This document shows positions 54,825 through 64,000 of a DNA stretch of 64,000 bases, piece by piece. Positions within the stretch are counted from its first letter, which is position 1. Each line of letters starts with the position of its first letter. The translations under genes and the position numbers were made by a program. The notes under the pieces were generated by a model that saw only the letters and a program-made list of their open reading frames with translations, ran no database searches and was not told where the DNA came from. The stretch lies in sequence record ON287375.1, one strand, 5' to 3'.

Positions 54825-56405
54825 ATGTCTGAAGTTAAACAAGTTAAAGATGATGATTCTGTAGAGCTGGGGTCTGTACTCCAGCTTGCTCCTCATACTC
54901 CTACTAACAAAGTAGATACCATTACTCGTGGTAAGGATGGGGAAGAATACATCTCACTGGACGACGTTTATAGCACAACTGGTCAGGAGTCCTTCCAACA
55001 GGTTGTGGATAACTGCCGTGCATATATCAAAAGCAAACGTTTGAGTAAAGGTGCGTTTACTGCTCTGCGCATTGATGGTGTGGAAGGTTTGGTTCCTGGC
55101 TACGATCGCATCAATGCTGTTAAAGGTGCTGAATCATTCCTGGAAACCCTGAAGAAAGGTTTCATCACTATTATCAAAGCAGTTAAACGTTTCTGCATTG
55201 CAGTAGTGGATTGGATCGTTCTGCGTGTTCGTACTTTGCTTGGTTTCGAGAAAACTGAGAAAGAACTCGCTATCGTTGCTGAGTACTCTGATTCTGTTAA
55301 AGTTAAGTTGGCTAAGCTTCTAGCTATGATGGCTAATGAAGATGGCGTCAAACTTGATGCACCAGAACTCTTTGCTGCTCTCCCAGGTAACTTATCCGCT
55401 CAAGATGCATTCACTATCATTCAACACAAAAACAGAACTACTTTACAACAAGCAGAAGCTTTGACTAATGTAGATAAAGATCTGGAACGTGCTGAAGAAG
55501 TTATCTTGTCTGCTGGCCAGCGCGCTCGTGGTTCTGCAAGTCGTTATCAGCAGGCTACTCGTAAACTGGAACAAGCTTTCAAGAACAAAGATACTTTCAG
55601 TGAAGCAGATATTCTTGAATATCGTCATGCGCTTGACCGTGAGATTCTGGAAGAACTTGATGCCAAACCACTGGCTGATATGGTATCCGATATCGTTAAG
55701 AAAGTCTGGGGTCTGGATCTGGGTGACATTGGTATTGAAACCAACTTCAAAGCCGTCATGGAACAAAACCGTGCTGCCATTGAAGCAACTACCAAAGTAC
55801 GCCTGAATGAAGAGTTTTATCAAGACTACCGTAACGTAGCTAGCAAGCTTGGCAAAATCCTGCTGAACTCTTCTAAGAAACGCTATGATGCAAATCAACT
55901 GGCCAACCTTAAATCACTGATCGAAGTTAAGGATGCAGAGCTGGTACAAGCCGTTGAAGCATTTGCTCCTGGTTCTGGTGTTCTTACCGCAAGCTACTCA
56001 GCTTACTCTGGTTTGATCACTCGTTACATCAGTCAGTTGGAATATCTGATTACCATCGTTTCTCAGGTTCGTCGTTCTATTGCCGGTATCGTTAACTGGG
56101 CTAACAAAGTTGATAAACTGATGCTTGCTTATATCAGTCGCGATGTTAAGAACATTTTGGATACTGAAGCTTTGGTTCTCCCTCCAGAAGCTATTGATGA
56201 AGTCCGTGCTGAAAATGGTGGTGAACGTAAACGTTCTACTCTGGATGTGGATTATGATGCATTGTTTATTAACAAGCATCCTAAACTGTCCGGTATCCTT
56301 GAAGCATGGCGTGGTCAAGTTATGAACTTCCGTAAGAAGAACATCGGGATCATCAACAGCATCAATGAAGAACTGAAAAAGATCGGCATTGCTAAAGGTA
56401 TTTAA
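54825..56405 (+). CDS. Probable processed inner-head protein (phiKZ gp84-like position)
   Basis: Acidic propeptide-like N-terminus with GQE-SF, GVE-G and GAE-SF sites. Confidence 0.7.
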   Translation: MSEVKQVKDDDSVELGSVLQLAPHTPTNKVDTITRGKDGEEYISLDDVYSTTGQESFQQVVDNCRAYIKSKRLSKGAFTALRIDGVEGLVPGYDRINAVKGAESFLETLKKGFITIIKAVKRFCIAVVDWIVLRVRTLLGFEKTEKELAIVAEYSDSVKVKLAKLLAMMANEDGVKLDAPELFAALPGNLSAQDAFTIIQHKNRTTLQQAEALTNVDKDLERAEEVILSAGQRARGSASRYQQATRKLEQAFKNKDTFSEADILEYRHALDREILEELDAKPLADMVSDIVKKVWGLDLGDIGIETNFKAVMEQNRAAIEATTKVRLNEEFYQDYRNVASKLGKILLNSSKKRYDANQLANLKSLIEVKDAELVQAVEAFAPGSGVLTASYSAYSGLITRYISQLEYLITIVSQVRRSIAGIVNWANKVDKLMLAYISRDVKNILDTEALVLPPEAIDEVRAENGGERKRSTLDVDYDALFINKHPKLSGILEAWRGQVMNFRKKNIGIINSINEELKKIGIAKGI

Positions 56406-56406
56406 A

Positions 56407-57060
56407 ATGCAGAAAGAAGAAATCATTGCGCTTCTTGACCAACTGTATCTCGATCAAGAGAAATATAATAAGTTCACCGACTATGTTAGTGACTTTGTTT
56501 CTCAACCTCGTTGTAAGAAAGGGATCATCTCCTTTATTGAAGATGTCTTTAACTTACCAGAGATCGCTGGCAAGAATCAACTAGCCATCCAGTTACTGTC
56601 TTCCAAGACAACTGGTAACTCTCTGAAGGCTGCTGACTTCATTCTCAGTCATCCTATAACCAAAGGGTACAACAAAGCTCTGATCGATGCTCGTCTGATG
56701 ATCATGACTAAAGTTGCCGACTATATCCTGGATATGTCTAAACGTATTCAAGAAACCACCCTTGAAGACAGACCAGAACGTCAGGTTTATCTGCGGCGTG
56801 CAGTAGCTCGTTTGATTACAGCAACTAGTTACTCTCTGCAGACTCCTATTACGGCAGAACAGTGGGCTAATGTTGAACCATACAAATGGACAAACTATCT
56901 CACTACAACGCTGGAAGAACTGACCGATGGCATTAAGAATGAGAAACGTATCGTTGAATGGTCCGATACCACTTATGCTGGTATGGAACTTGACAACTTG
57001 AATGTTATTCGTTCTCTGTGTTCCTATCTGGAATATCTGGAAAGCTTCTTAGTGTTCTAA
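56407..57060 (+). CDS. Hypothetical/virion protein
   Basis: Start moved to ATG 56407, directly after the upstream stop. Confidence 0.7.
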   Translation: MQKEEIIALLDQLYLDQEKYNKFTDYVSDFVSQPRCKKGIISFIEDVFNLPEIAGKNQLAIQLLSSKTTGNSLKAADFILSHPITKGYNKALIDARLMIMTKVADYILDMSKRIQETTLEDRPERQVYLRRAVARLITATSYSLQTPITAEQWANVEPYKWTNYLTTTLEELTDGIKNEKRIVEWSDTTYAGMELDNLNVIRSLCSYLEYLESFLVF

Positions 57061-57070
57061 ACAAACATAC

Positions 57071-57101
57071 TCCCTACCCTTCCTTACGGAGGGGTAGGGG
57101 G
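57071..57101. terminator. Bidirectional terminator
   Basis: TCCCTACCCTTCC-ttac-GGAGGGGTAGGGG. Confidence 0.8.
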
Positions 57102-57107
57102 ATATGA

Positions 57108-60095
57108 TTAGTTCATGTTTTCTGGCATGTGACGTTTGAACTGAATATCGATATCTTCTTTAATAGACAGATAACGGTCAGCAGTTTGGTCAATCACTTT
57201 ACGTACAGAGAAACCGTTCGTAGTATCAACGTTAGTAATGATATCGATTGCCGAAGTACCTGCAGAAGAGGTAACTTTAACATCAATAACATCACTACCA
57301 CCTGCAGTCTTAAGTTCCGTGATAGCTTCACTGACACTGACAGTATCATTACGAAGAATCGTGTTAAGAATGTGGTGAGTTGCAATAACCAGGTTATCTT
57401 TGAGGTTCTGATTACGCAGACCTTCTCTGGTAAGAGAATAGGTAACGGTGAACGACAGATCGGTTTTGAGCATGCGCTCAATAGCTTCGTTGATAATACA
57501 ACGAGTGTAACCCATAGTAGAACGAGGTTTGAACACCAGTCTGGTTTCATCAAGAGTAATCTTGTTGAATTGATCCAACTGAGCAATAACTTCATCAACG
57601 AAGAAGTCATCGATACGATCCATATAGTCAGTATCGTATTCGTCTTGAGAAACCATGTAGTTAAAGTCGAACCCGATGAAGTCAAAGTAGTACAACATCT
57701 TGCGAGGTTCTAACAATACAGGTTCACCCAAGTCATTATAGACTGTCTGACCTTTAGTGAATTTCCAAACAGGCTTACCATCTGGAGTGAATCGTTGTTC
57801 ACCTTTCTTATGGGTGATGATTGGCAGATTAGTCTTAGGATCAATAACCAATTGTTGCATTGGTTTACCATTGACAATCACCGTCTCATACTTATACTCG
57901 GTTTCTTCATAGACTGCAGGAACGTTAGCAGTATATTTCTTATACTGAGCAAGACCAGTAATAGGACGAATACGAGTGTAAAGAGATTTAAGCTGACGAC
58001 CAAACTCAAGAACATAATCAGTTTCGATCATGGCGATAGTCGTTGACTTAAACAGTGTCTGGTCAATCTTCATATCAGAAGCTGACTTCAGCTCTAAGTT
58101 CTTACCGCTGTAAGTAAAGATGAAGTTAGCAACAGTATCCAAGTCAACATAAGTTTTCTCTTGTTGACGACCGAACTGATTGAAGCCACCCAAATCGATC
58201 TGATCGTTAGAATCGACATCAAAACGAGTAGGCATGGTGAATCTGAAGATACGCTCACCTTCCTCAGTCTTACCTAGGTATTCTGCACGAGCCGTAGCAG
58301 GTGAAGTTGTACCGGTAGGAGTCAGACTAAGCTGGACACCTAACTGGTTGTCAGGGATCTTCTTATAAGCTTCACTGGACTGAGTTCTGATTTCAATCTG
58401 ATAATCTTTATCAGTTGCTTTGACAGTAACCGCACCAACACCAACTTGTACACCCAAATTAACGTTCTCAAACCGGAAGGTCTGATATTTGATCGTAGGT
58501 TTAGACAGACGATAAATACGACAAGCAACACGATCCTGAGTTGTATCGATTACATATGCAAATGGGTTATAGCACATTGTCTTGTTAGCAAGTGCGTCGA
58601 TCTTACCTTGGTTAGACAAACCCATTAATGTATTATAGTCGGTCTTAGTGACTAAGAATGGAGTTTGTTGAGTAATGTCGAATACGGAACGTGCTAACAG
58701 AGTAACGCGCTTACCATTATCAATACCCCAACCAGTCCCGATCATACTTTCCAGAGAAGTTGTCAATGAACCAACGTGAGTACCGATAGAACTGTTAAAG
58801 CGAGCAACAGTATCATCCTGATACAGTTTATCATCTTGCAGCGGTAAGTTCTTGGTAACGCGATACAGACGGCTTGTGACCTGGTCAATTGACTTAACAG
58901 AAGAGTAACCATTCTCCAGCAAGAACTGTGACACATCAGAGTTACTTACTGGGATCAAACGACGACGGTGTCCATAGATCATCTGTTCCTTCAATTGAGG
59001 GAACGGCATAGAGTTACGACCACCAGTAATTGGTTCAAGTGAATCGATCAATACGTCGTTGATAGAACGGAAAGGAGCTTCGTATTGGTTCAGCTTACCT
59101 TTGTCATTATTATAGTTATAATACTCAGCACTGTGGTATTGAGCTTTCAACGTAGTCAAGTCACGATAGTACTGACCTTTCGTTGTATAAACTAAAATAG
59201 TGATACGACCGATACCAGTTCCATTCTGAACATAGACAGAAGGAAGAGATGCCACGAAACTACCAGTACCTAAATCGGTGGTACCATTAGTGTCTTGCAG
59301 ATCGATCGTTAAGGTTGGCTGTGCTGGATCGTAAATGTCATTGTTAAAGACAACGGCCATTTCATTACGGATGTTGGTACCTTCAGGTGTAATGAAAGCA
59401 CGTACCGCATAAAGACTGTCAGCAAACTGAACCTGTTCACGGAAACCAGAAGACTGGTTAACTGGACGGTTTGGTAATTCAGTGATCTCTAACTGACGCA
59501 GTGGGAGATGAATCGAGAGATATTGACGACGATCAATATTCAAGTAATCCACATCCGGGGTATTGGAACTCAGAGGGTTAAGTGGGGATTGTCTTGCAAC
59601 ATCATAAACAACCTGATAACCGCCATGGTCCATTACACGAATCTCAACTGGATTTTCCAGTAAGAAAGGAATATCTGCAATCATGAAACGAGTATCGCCA
59701 GGAATAACTAATTTACGATAAGAGTTATCCAGGTTAGCACTCACGTCATTATAACGAACAGAATAACGATCAAGAGATTCATCACTGATAATAAAACGAA
59801 TAGCAGTACTGGATGGATCGGCAAATACACCATACCAGTCTTCATCTGCCATTACCTGAGCTAAGTCAGAAATGTTACGTGCATGTACCGCATATCCACG
59901 AGCTTCAGTATCACCCAGTCGAGAAATGAAACCGAAGTTAGTTCCTACTACCAAGTCAACCATATAGCTGAATGGATGTCCAGAACCATTAAGAGTACCA
60001 AACCCTTGCTCAAAGTTAGCTTCAATATCATTAAAGACAGTGGAGATAACACGAGCAGGGTTATTGGCGATGCGATTTAACTCATCGAAATCCAT
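57108..60095 (-). CDS. Large virion protein, putative baseplate wedge (phiKZ gp87-like position)
   Basis: 995 aa; beta-rich; synteny. Confidence 0.65.
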   Translation of the reverse strand: MDFDELNRIANNPARVISTVFNDIEANFEQGFGTLNGSGHPFSYMVDLVVGTNFGFISRLGDTEARGYAVHARNISDLAQVMADEDWYGVFADPSSTAIRFIISDESLDRYSVRYNDVSANLDNSYRKLVIPGDTRFMIADIPFLLENPVEIRVMDHGGYQVVYDVARQSPLNPLSSNTPDVDYLNIDRRQYLSIHLPLRQLEITELPNRPVNQSSGFREQVQFADSLYAVRAFITPEGTNIRNEMAVVFNNDIYDPAQPTLTIDLQDTNGTTDLGTGSFVASLPSVYVQNGTGIGRITILVYTTKGQYYRDLTTLKAQYHSAEYYNYNNDKGKLNQYEAPFRSINDVLIDSLEPITGGRNSMPFPQLKEQMIYGHRRRLIPVSNSDVSQFLLENGYSSVKSIDQVTSRLYRVTKNLPLQDDKLYQDDTVARFNSSIGTHVGSLTTSLESMIGTGWGIDNGKRVTLLARSVFDITQQTPFLVTKTDYNTLMGLSNQGKIDALANKTMCYNPFAYVIDTTQDRVACRIYRLSKPTIKYQTFRFENVNLGVQVGVGAVTVKATDKDYQIEIRTQSSEAYKKIPDNQLGVQLSLTPTGTTSPATARAEYLGKTEEGERIFRFTMPTRFDVDSNDQIDLGGFNQFGRQQEKTYVDLDTVANFIFTYSGKNLELKSASDMKIDQTLFKSTTIAMIETDYVLEFGRQLKSLYTRIRPITGLAQYKKYTANVPAVYEETEYKYETVIVNGKPMQQLVIDPKTNLPIITHKKGEQRFTPDGKPVWKFTKGQTVYNDLGEPVLLEPRKMLYYFDFIGFDFNYMVSQDEYDTDYMDRIDDFFVDEVIAQLDQFNKITLDETRLVFKPRSTMGYTRCIINEAIERMLKTDLSFTVTYSLTREGLRNQNLKDNLVIATHHILNTILRNDTVSVSEAITELKTAGGSDVIDVKVTSSAGTSAIDIITNVDTTNGFSVRKVIDQTADRYLSIKEDIDIQFKRHMPENMN

Positions 60096-60103
60096 AATCT
60101 ACC

Positions 60104-61189
60104 TTATGCTGTTTTAGGGACCCACCAGGTCAGTTTAATACCAGTACGCAGAGAAGTCCTACCACCCTCACCTTTTACTTCACCTTGACGTGGAAGTAAT
60201 AAAGGATAAGCTCCATAGTTGTAAGGAATGTACTCTTTGGCATTTAACTCACGATAATACGTATTACGCATTTCTGGTCTGAGTCTTGGGTTGTACATAA
60301 ATGAATGTTCATTGAATGACTGGATTAAACCCCATTCATCGAATCTCATCCCTACCGATGCAAATTGAATTGTGAAATCATCTTGACCCTCACCACGAAG
60401 AGTGTTCGTTGTGTTATCGATATCAGCAATAGAACCAGCAGGGTAAGTTACAGGGATGGATTGAACAGTAGCAAAGATATGTTCCAGATATTCTGTATCT
60501 TTGTTCATTATCAAGTGATAGATGCGACAGTCATAATCTATGCGGTTGGCCAGTAAGTACCAATCGCGAGGAGAGACCTGTCTATCTCCAGAAACAACTT
60601 CAGAAATGTAATCTTCCCAGATTTGGAATAGACCTTGTATAACTGAAGGTTTAGGGTTGAAGTAAGTTTGGTTAATAGTGAAAGCACTGTTATCTTCAAG
60701 CTTACTAGAAACACGTTGATAAACCTGCTGACGTAAGCCGGGATCTGAAGTGTCAATTTGAAGTTGCAAGTCCCCAAATCCAGTAGAGGTTTTTAGGTAC
60801 TCAGTTAAACACGTAATGAATGGCATTTTGTTATCTAGAGCAACATTGGGATTACTCGCAGCCCAACGTTCATCTAGCATTCCACGAATGTAACCCGACA
60901 TGCTATATTGTCCAGCGCCATACAGGCTAACTAACTTTTCAGACCGACTGATATTATCATCGGTTAAGTTAAGCTGTGGTCGAGTAACAAGGGCCAATCC
61001 TATGGTGTTATCGGCCAAAGGCATCATTGCCGGGCCTTTACCAAGTATCCTTAGTCCTCTTAAGGAATTGATAAGTGGTGAAGTATAACCAGGTGAAGTA
61101 CCCATCAAAAGGCTAGCGTCAAAGATCTCTCTGCGCTTTTCTAGGTTCTCCCCTGAATAATTTGTAAAATTATTTTCATCTTGATCCAT
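60104..61189 (-). CDS. Virion structural protein, putative tail-tube/baseplate-like (phiKZ gp88-like position)
   Basis: 361 aa; synteny; co-oriented with the baseplate gene. Confidence 0.6.
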   Translation of the reverse strand: MDQDENNFTNYSGENLEKRREIFDASLLMGTSPGYTSPLINSLRGLRILGKGPAMMPLADNTIGLALVTRPQLNLTDDNISRSEKLVSLYGAGQYSMSGYIRGMLDERWAASNPNVALDNKMPFITCLTEYLKTSTGFGDLQLQIDTSDPGLRQQVYQRVSSKLEDNSAFTINQTYFNPKPSVIQGLFQIWEDYISEVVSGDRQVSPRDWYLLANRIDYDCRIYHLIMNKDTEYLEHIFATVQSIPVTYPAGSIADIDNTTNTLRGEGQDDFTIQFASVGMRFDEWGLIQSFNEHSFMYNPRLRPEMRNTYYRELNAKEYIPYNYGAYPLLLPRQGEVKGEGGRTSLRTGIKLTWWVPKTA

Positions 61190-61214
61190 ATATAAACCTC
61201 GAACGGAGCATGTA

Positions 61215-62303
61215 ATGATTCCTCAAATTCTTACCTTTGGGCCGATGATCGCCCAGCTCGCCAAAAGCTTTGGCGCTAATAAGGATAAGGCAGACGTAGC
61301 TAAAACGGTATTGGAAGGTGCTGCTGCGACATATGATGTCCTAAAAACAGGCAGTATTTCCCAGTCAGCTGGCAAAACCCTTATCGCGCCAATGGTCGCT
61401 ATTGAAGACACTCTGATCCACCAGGAGTACATGAGTGATCTGATGCAAGTCATCAATATCCGCGATATTAAAGATACCTTAACTCACCTGTCTATGCAGG
61501 GTGAAGTCAATGGCATCAAGATTAGCCAGTTGGTTGATTCAATCAATCCACGTCGTGCTGGTCTGTTGTCCTTGGCTGGTGCTGAAGCTTTCGGTGCTCC
61601 TGCGACTAAATCAGGTAAAAATGGTAATCAGGTTGTAGAAGGTCGTGTTACCGTTAATGGTAAACAAATGGCTGATCTGACTGAATACCAACCTCTGGCT
61701 GTTGGTCGTACTGTTGAAGCATCTGTATTCATCGATGGTCACAACGTTACCTTCCCGCTGAACTTCCGTCAAATTCCAGTACCAGTCTCTGCAAATGATC
61801 TTCAAACGATCTTTGAAGCTGCTCGTCCTGAAGACGGTATGTATGCCCGCTTTATGATGTGGCGTGCTGGTGAGATCACTGGTCCTGAGTTCCTGATGGG
61901 TACTGATGAGATCAAACGTGAGTTCAACATCCGTAAAGATGACCTGTCTGGTTATTACGCAGAAGCTAACGCTCGTGCTGAGAAGAACCGCATTGCTTCT
62001 CTGCGTACTGGTGTGATGTCGGTTAACACTGAAGCTAACACCATTGTCATGTCTGCAGATACTGCTCGCAACATTGAGCTGGAACTGGGCGTGGGCTTTG
62101 ATAGTAAAGGTATTGCTAAGATCCGTAAATCTGTTCTGGCAAATACCATCGTTGTTGTTGATGACGGCATGGGTATCTTTACCTTCTATTCTTCTGCGAC
62201 TTCTCGTCCTGAAGTTTATACTCGTCGTGAAATTACCGTGACTGCTAAGAAAGACACTTCTCTTGACTTAGCGTCTCTCATGAAAATGTTTGGTGGGCGT
62301 TAA
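61215..62303 (+). CDS. Inner-head protein (phiKZ gp89-like position)
   Basis: SD GGAG; LAGAE-AF putative maturation site; synteny. Confidence 0.7.
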   Translation: MIPQILTFGPMIAQLAKSFGANKDKADVAKTVLEGAAATYDVLKTGSISQSAGKTLIAPMVAIEDTLIHQEYMSDLMQVINIRDIKDTLTHLSMQGEVNGIKISQLVDSINPRRAGLLSLAGAEAFGAPATKSGKNGNQVVEGRVTVNGKQMADLTEYQPLAVGRTVEASVFIDGHNVTFPLNFRQIPVPVSANDLQTIFEAARPEDGMYARFMMWRAGEITGPEFLMGTDEIKREFNIRKDDLSGYYAEANARAEKNRIASLRTGVMSVNTEANTIVMSADTARNIELELGVGFDSKGIAKIRKSVLANTIVVVDDGMGIFTFYSSATSRPEVYTRREITVTAKKDTSLDLASLMKMFGGR

Positions 62304-62306
62304 TAA

Positions 62307-63191
62307 ATGATCATTATCTCAGAAACTCCTAAACTGGACGTACTGATTGCTATCGATACTGAGATAGCTACAGTCGCTGGTCTCCGTGACACTATCGATC
62401 TCTTGAAAGATGGTGATCCTGAAAACATGAAACTGGCAGAAGAAGCTGTTCAGAAGAACGCTGTTCTGCGTGGCATTGAAAACGATCTGAAACGCACCTT
62501 GTCGCCATCAGTCACTTTGATGTCTGGTATTGAGGATGCACTGGATCAATTGAACCTGTGGCTTCCTAAGCTGCGTGAGCGCGTAGTTAAGTCGCCTACC
62601 AAGATCTATGATAAAGAAACCATTACCTTCCGTGAGAAAGGTGTGTTGGATACGATCTCCAGTATTAACTTCTGGAACCGTTATGCGACTATGGCTATCG
62701 ATATCATCATTGATCAAGCTACCAAACAACAGGATGTATCTAAGCTGCTGACCAAAGTCGATCTGCAGTTCTTCAATGACACTCCTAAGTACTTCAGTCA
62801 CCTGACTGTTAAGTTCTCCGATTCTATTAAGAATCTGGAAGCTATGATTGATAACCTGTCTGATGAAACTTACGATGAAGTATCTGAAAAGATCATCGAA
62901 GCTTCTACCGGTATCGACACCGTATCTGTGCAGCGTAACCTGGCTCCTCACCAGCTGAACCCACTGCACTGGTACAAAATGCGCCGTATGCGTAAAGACA
63001 TCAACAAGATCCAATCTAACGTTGAAAGCATCAACATGCTGGCTATGAAGATAGCTCGTCTGAACAACCGTCGCAATGGTTCTGACAACCCATCACTGGA
63101 TCGTCAGATCGAAACCTATCAGGACGCTATTATTAAGAAACGCGCCCAGAACATCGCAATCGAGGCTAAGTACAATGGCGACAGAGTTTAA
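62307..63191 (+). CDS. Inner-head protein (phiKZ gp90-like position)
   Basis: Helical; SGIE-D putative site; synteny. Confidence 0.65.
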   Translation: MIIISETPKLDVLIAIDTEIATVAGLRDTIDLLKDGDPENMKLAEEAVQKNAVLRGIENDLKRTLSPSVTLMSGIEDALDQLNLWLPKLRERVVKSPTKIYDKETITFREKGVLDTISSINFWNRYATMAIDIIIDQATKQQDVSKLLTKVDLQFFNDTPKYFSHLTVKFSDSIKNLEAMIDNLSDETYDEVSEKIIEASTGIDTVSVQRNLAPHQLNPLHWYKMRRMRKDINKIQSNVESINMLAMKIARLNNRRNGSDNPSLDRQIETYQDAIIKKRAQNIAIEAKYNGDRV

Positions 63192-63705
63192 ACATCTTAA
63201 ATTCGGTTTAGTGCCTTCTTCCTTCGATACTGCAACACTTGAAAACTCAGAGACTATCATCAAAGCGTTCCTAGCGCAGTTTGCTGGTTATAAGCTTATG
63301 GATGATGCAAGTGCTCATGCTGAGATCTTTATCACCACTCGTCGTTATATTGGTGCCGACTTCCGTAACTGGTTGATCGTTAACTTCCGTAATGGTGGTG
63401 GTGCTCGTAAAGAACTGTGTCGCAAAATCGTTGGCTGGATTGATGGACGTCTTTCCGAACGTACCGTACTGAACCAGCTGGGTATCGACATTAACAGCCT
63501 GAAAGGTGTCTCGCTCCGTAATGAGCCTATTAAGACATCTGTAATCTATAATGAGTATGATAGTGCGCGTGATCAATTCAAAGTTGAGAACGTAGACTTC
63601 TCCATTATTGAGAATCGTCACTTCTATGACTTCATGGCTTTGATCGGTCCTGAGCTTGCAGCTAAATTCTGTTTAAGCATGGATGGGATCTACTATGACC
63701 GATAA
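63175..63705 (+). CDS. Conserved virion-region protein
   Basis: Start moved to ATG 63175 (SD GAGG). Confidence 0.7.
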   Translation: MATEFKHLKFGLVPSSFDTATLENSETIIKAFLAQFAGYKLMDDASAHAEIFITTRRYIGADFRNWLIVNFRNGGGARKELCRKIVGWIDGRLSERTVLNQLGIDINSLKGVSLRNEPIKTSVIYNEYDSARDQFKVENVDFSIIENRHFYDFMALIGPELAAKFCLSMDGIYYDR

Positions 63706-64000
63706 CTCAGTTATTAACGATCTGAAGATGGCTGAAATTAGTCTGGCCAAAGTGCCAGACATCAACCAATTGGCTACTGATGCGAAAGCAGTCATGGATA
63801 ATTTCAGAACTAATATTAACGTTAAAGAGCAAGTTGAAAATGCTCTGAATACTGTTAACCAACGTTCTGATTATCAACTCGATCTGGGTACTGTACAAGC
63901 TGTTGATGAAATCATTAACAAGTATTCCAATGTGGTTGTTAAAGATGGTCAGCCTATCGTTAGCGGTACAGAAGCTTTCGGGTTAACCCTAATGCCTTCT
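63695..64000 (+). CDS. Partial inner-body-type head protein, truncated by the window end
   Basis: Open frame from ATG 63695 (alternative 63728) to the end; contains VSGTE-AF; not in the ORF track. Confidence 0.7.
   Translation, partial: MTDNSVINDLKMAEISLAKVPDINQLATDAKAVMDNFRTNINVKEQVENALNTVNQRSDYQLDLGTVQAVDEIINKYSNVVVKDGQPIVSGTEAFGLTLMPS

Noticed and set aside
1-64000. tRNA, rRNA, CRISPR arrays, transposases, group I introns, inteins, homing endonucleases
   Set aside because: No cloverleaf, repeat-spacer array, HNH/LAGLIDADG/GIY-YIG motif or interrupted core ORF seen by eye; tRNAscan/Infernal would be the decisive check

Overview
This 64-kb window comes from a nucleus-forming jumbo phage (phiKZ-like, Chimalliviridae). 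It is AT-rich and the codon usage looks enterobacterial, but I cannot name the phage or its host. Layout: (1) 1-12.2 kb, a plus-strand run of about 23 mostly orphan early genes, including paralog pairs and a HigA-like HTH protein. (2) 12.3-42 kb, the conserved core: PhuZ tubulin, one half of the split family-B DNA polymerase, chimallin ChmA, four non-virion RNA polymerase subunits (beta-prime N, sigma-like, beta C, beta-prime C), SbcD/Mre11 nuclease, ChmC, PicA/Imp1 and an SF2 helicase. (3) 44.5-64 kb, a virion RNAP beta-prime piece, the second DNA polymerase half, and head and baseplate genes. phiKZ gene-number equivalences come from synteny plus motifs I recognise, not from database searches. 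Most notable: a translationally coupled Tad1-like sponge plus Acb1-like 2H phosphodiesterase pair (24244-25167) inside the core; a candidate programmed -1 frameshift (T TTT TTC, 49074-49080) fusing a 537-aa ORF to a start-less downstream frame, as in tail-assembly-chaperone G/GT pairs; and a repeated terminator/early-promoter cassette shared by chmA and accessory genes. No tRNA, rRNA, CRISPR array, intron or transposase was seen. Several ORF-track starts were moved to downstream codons with better Shine-Dalgarno support.
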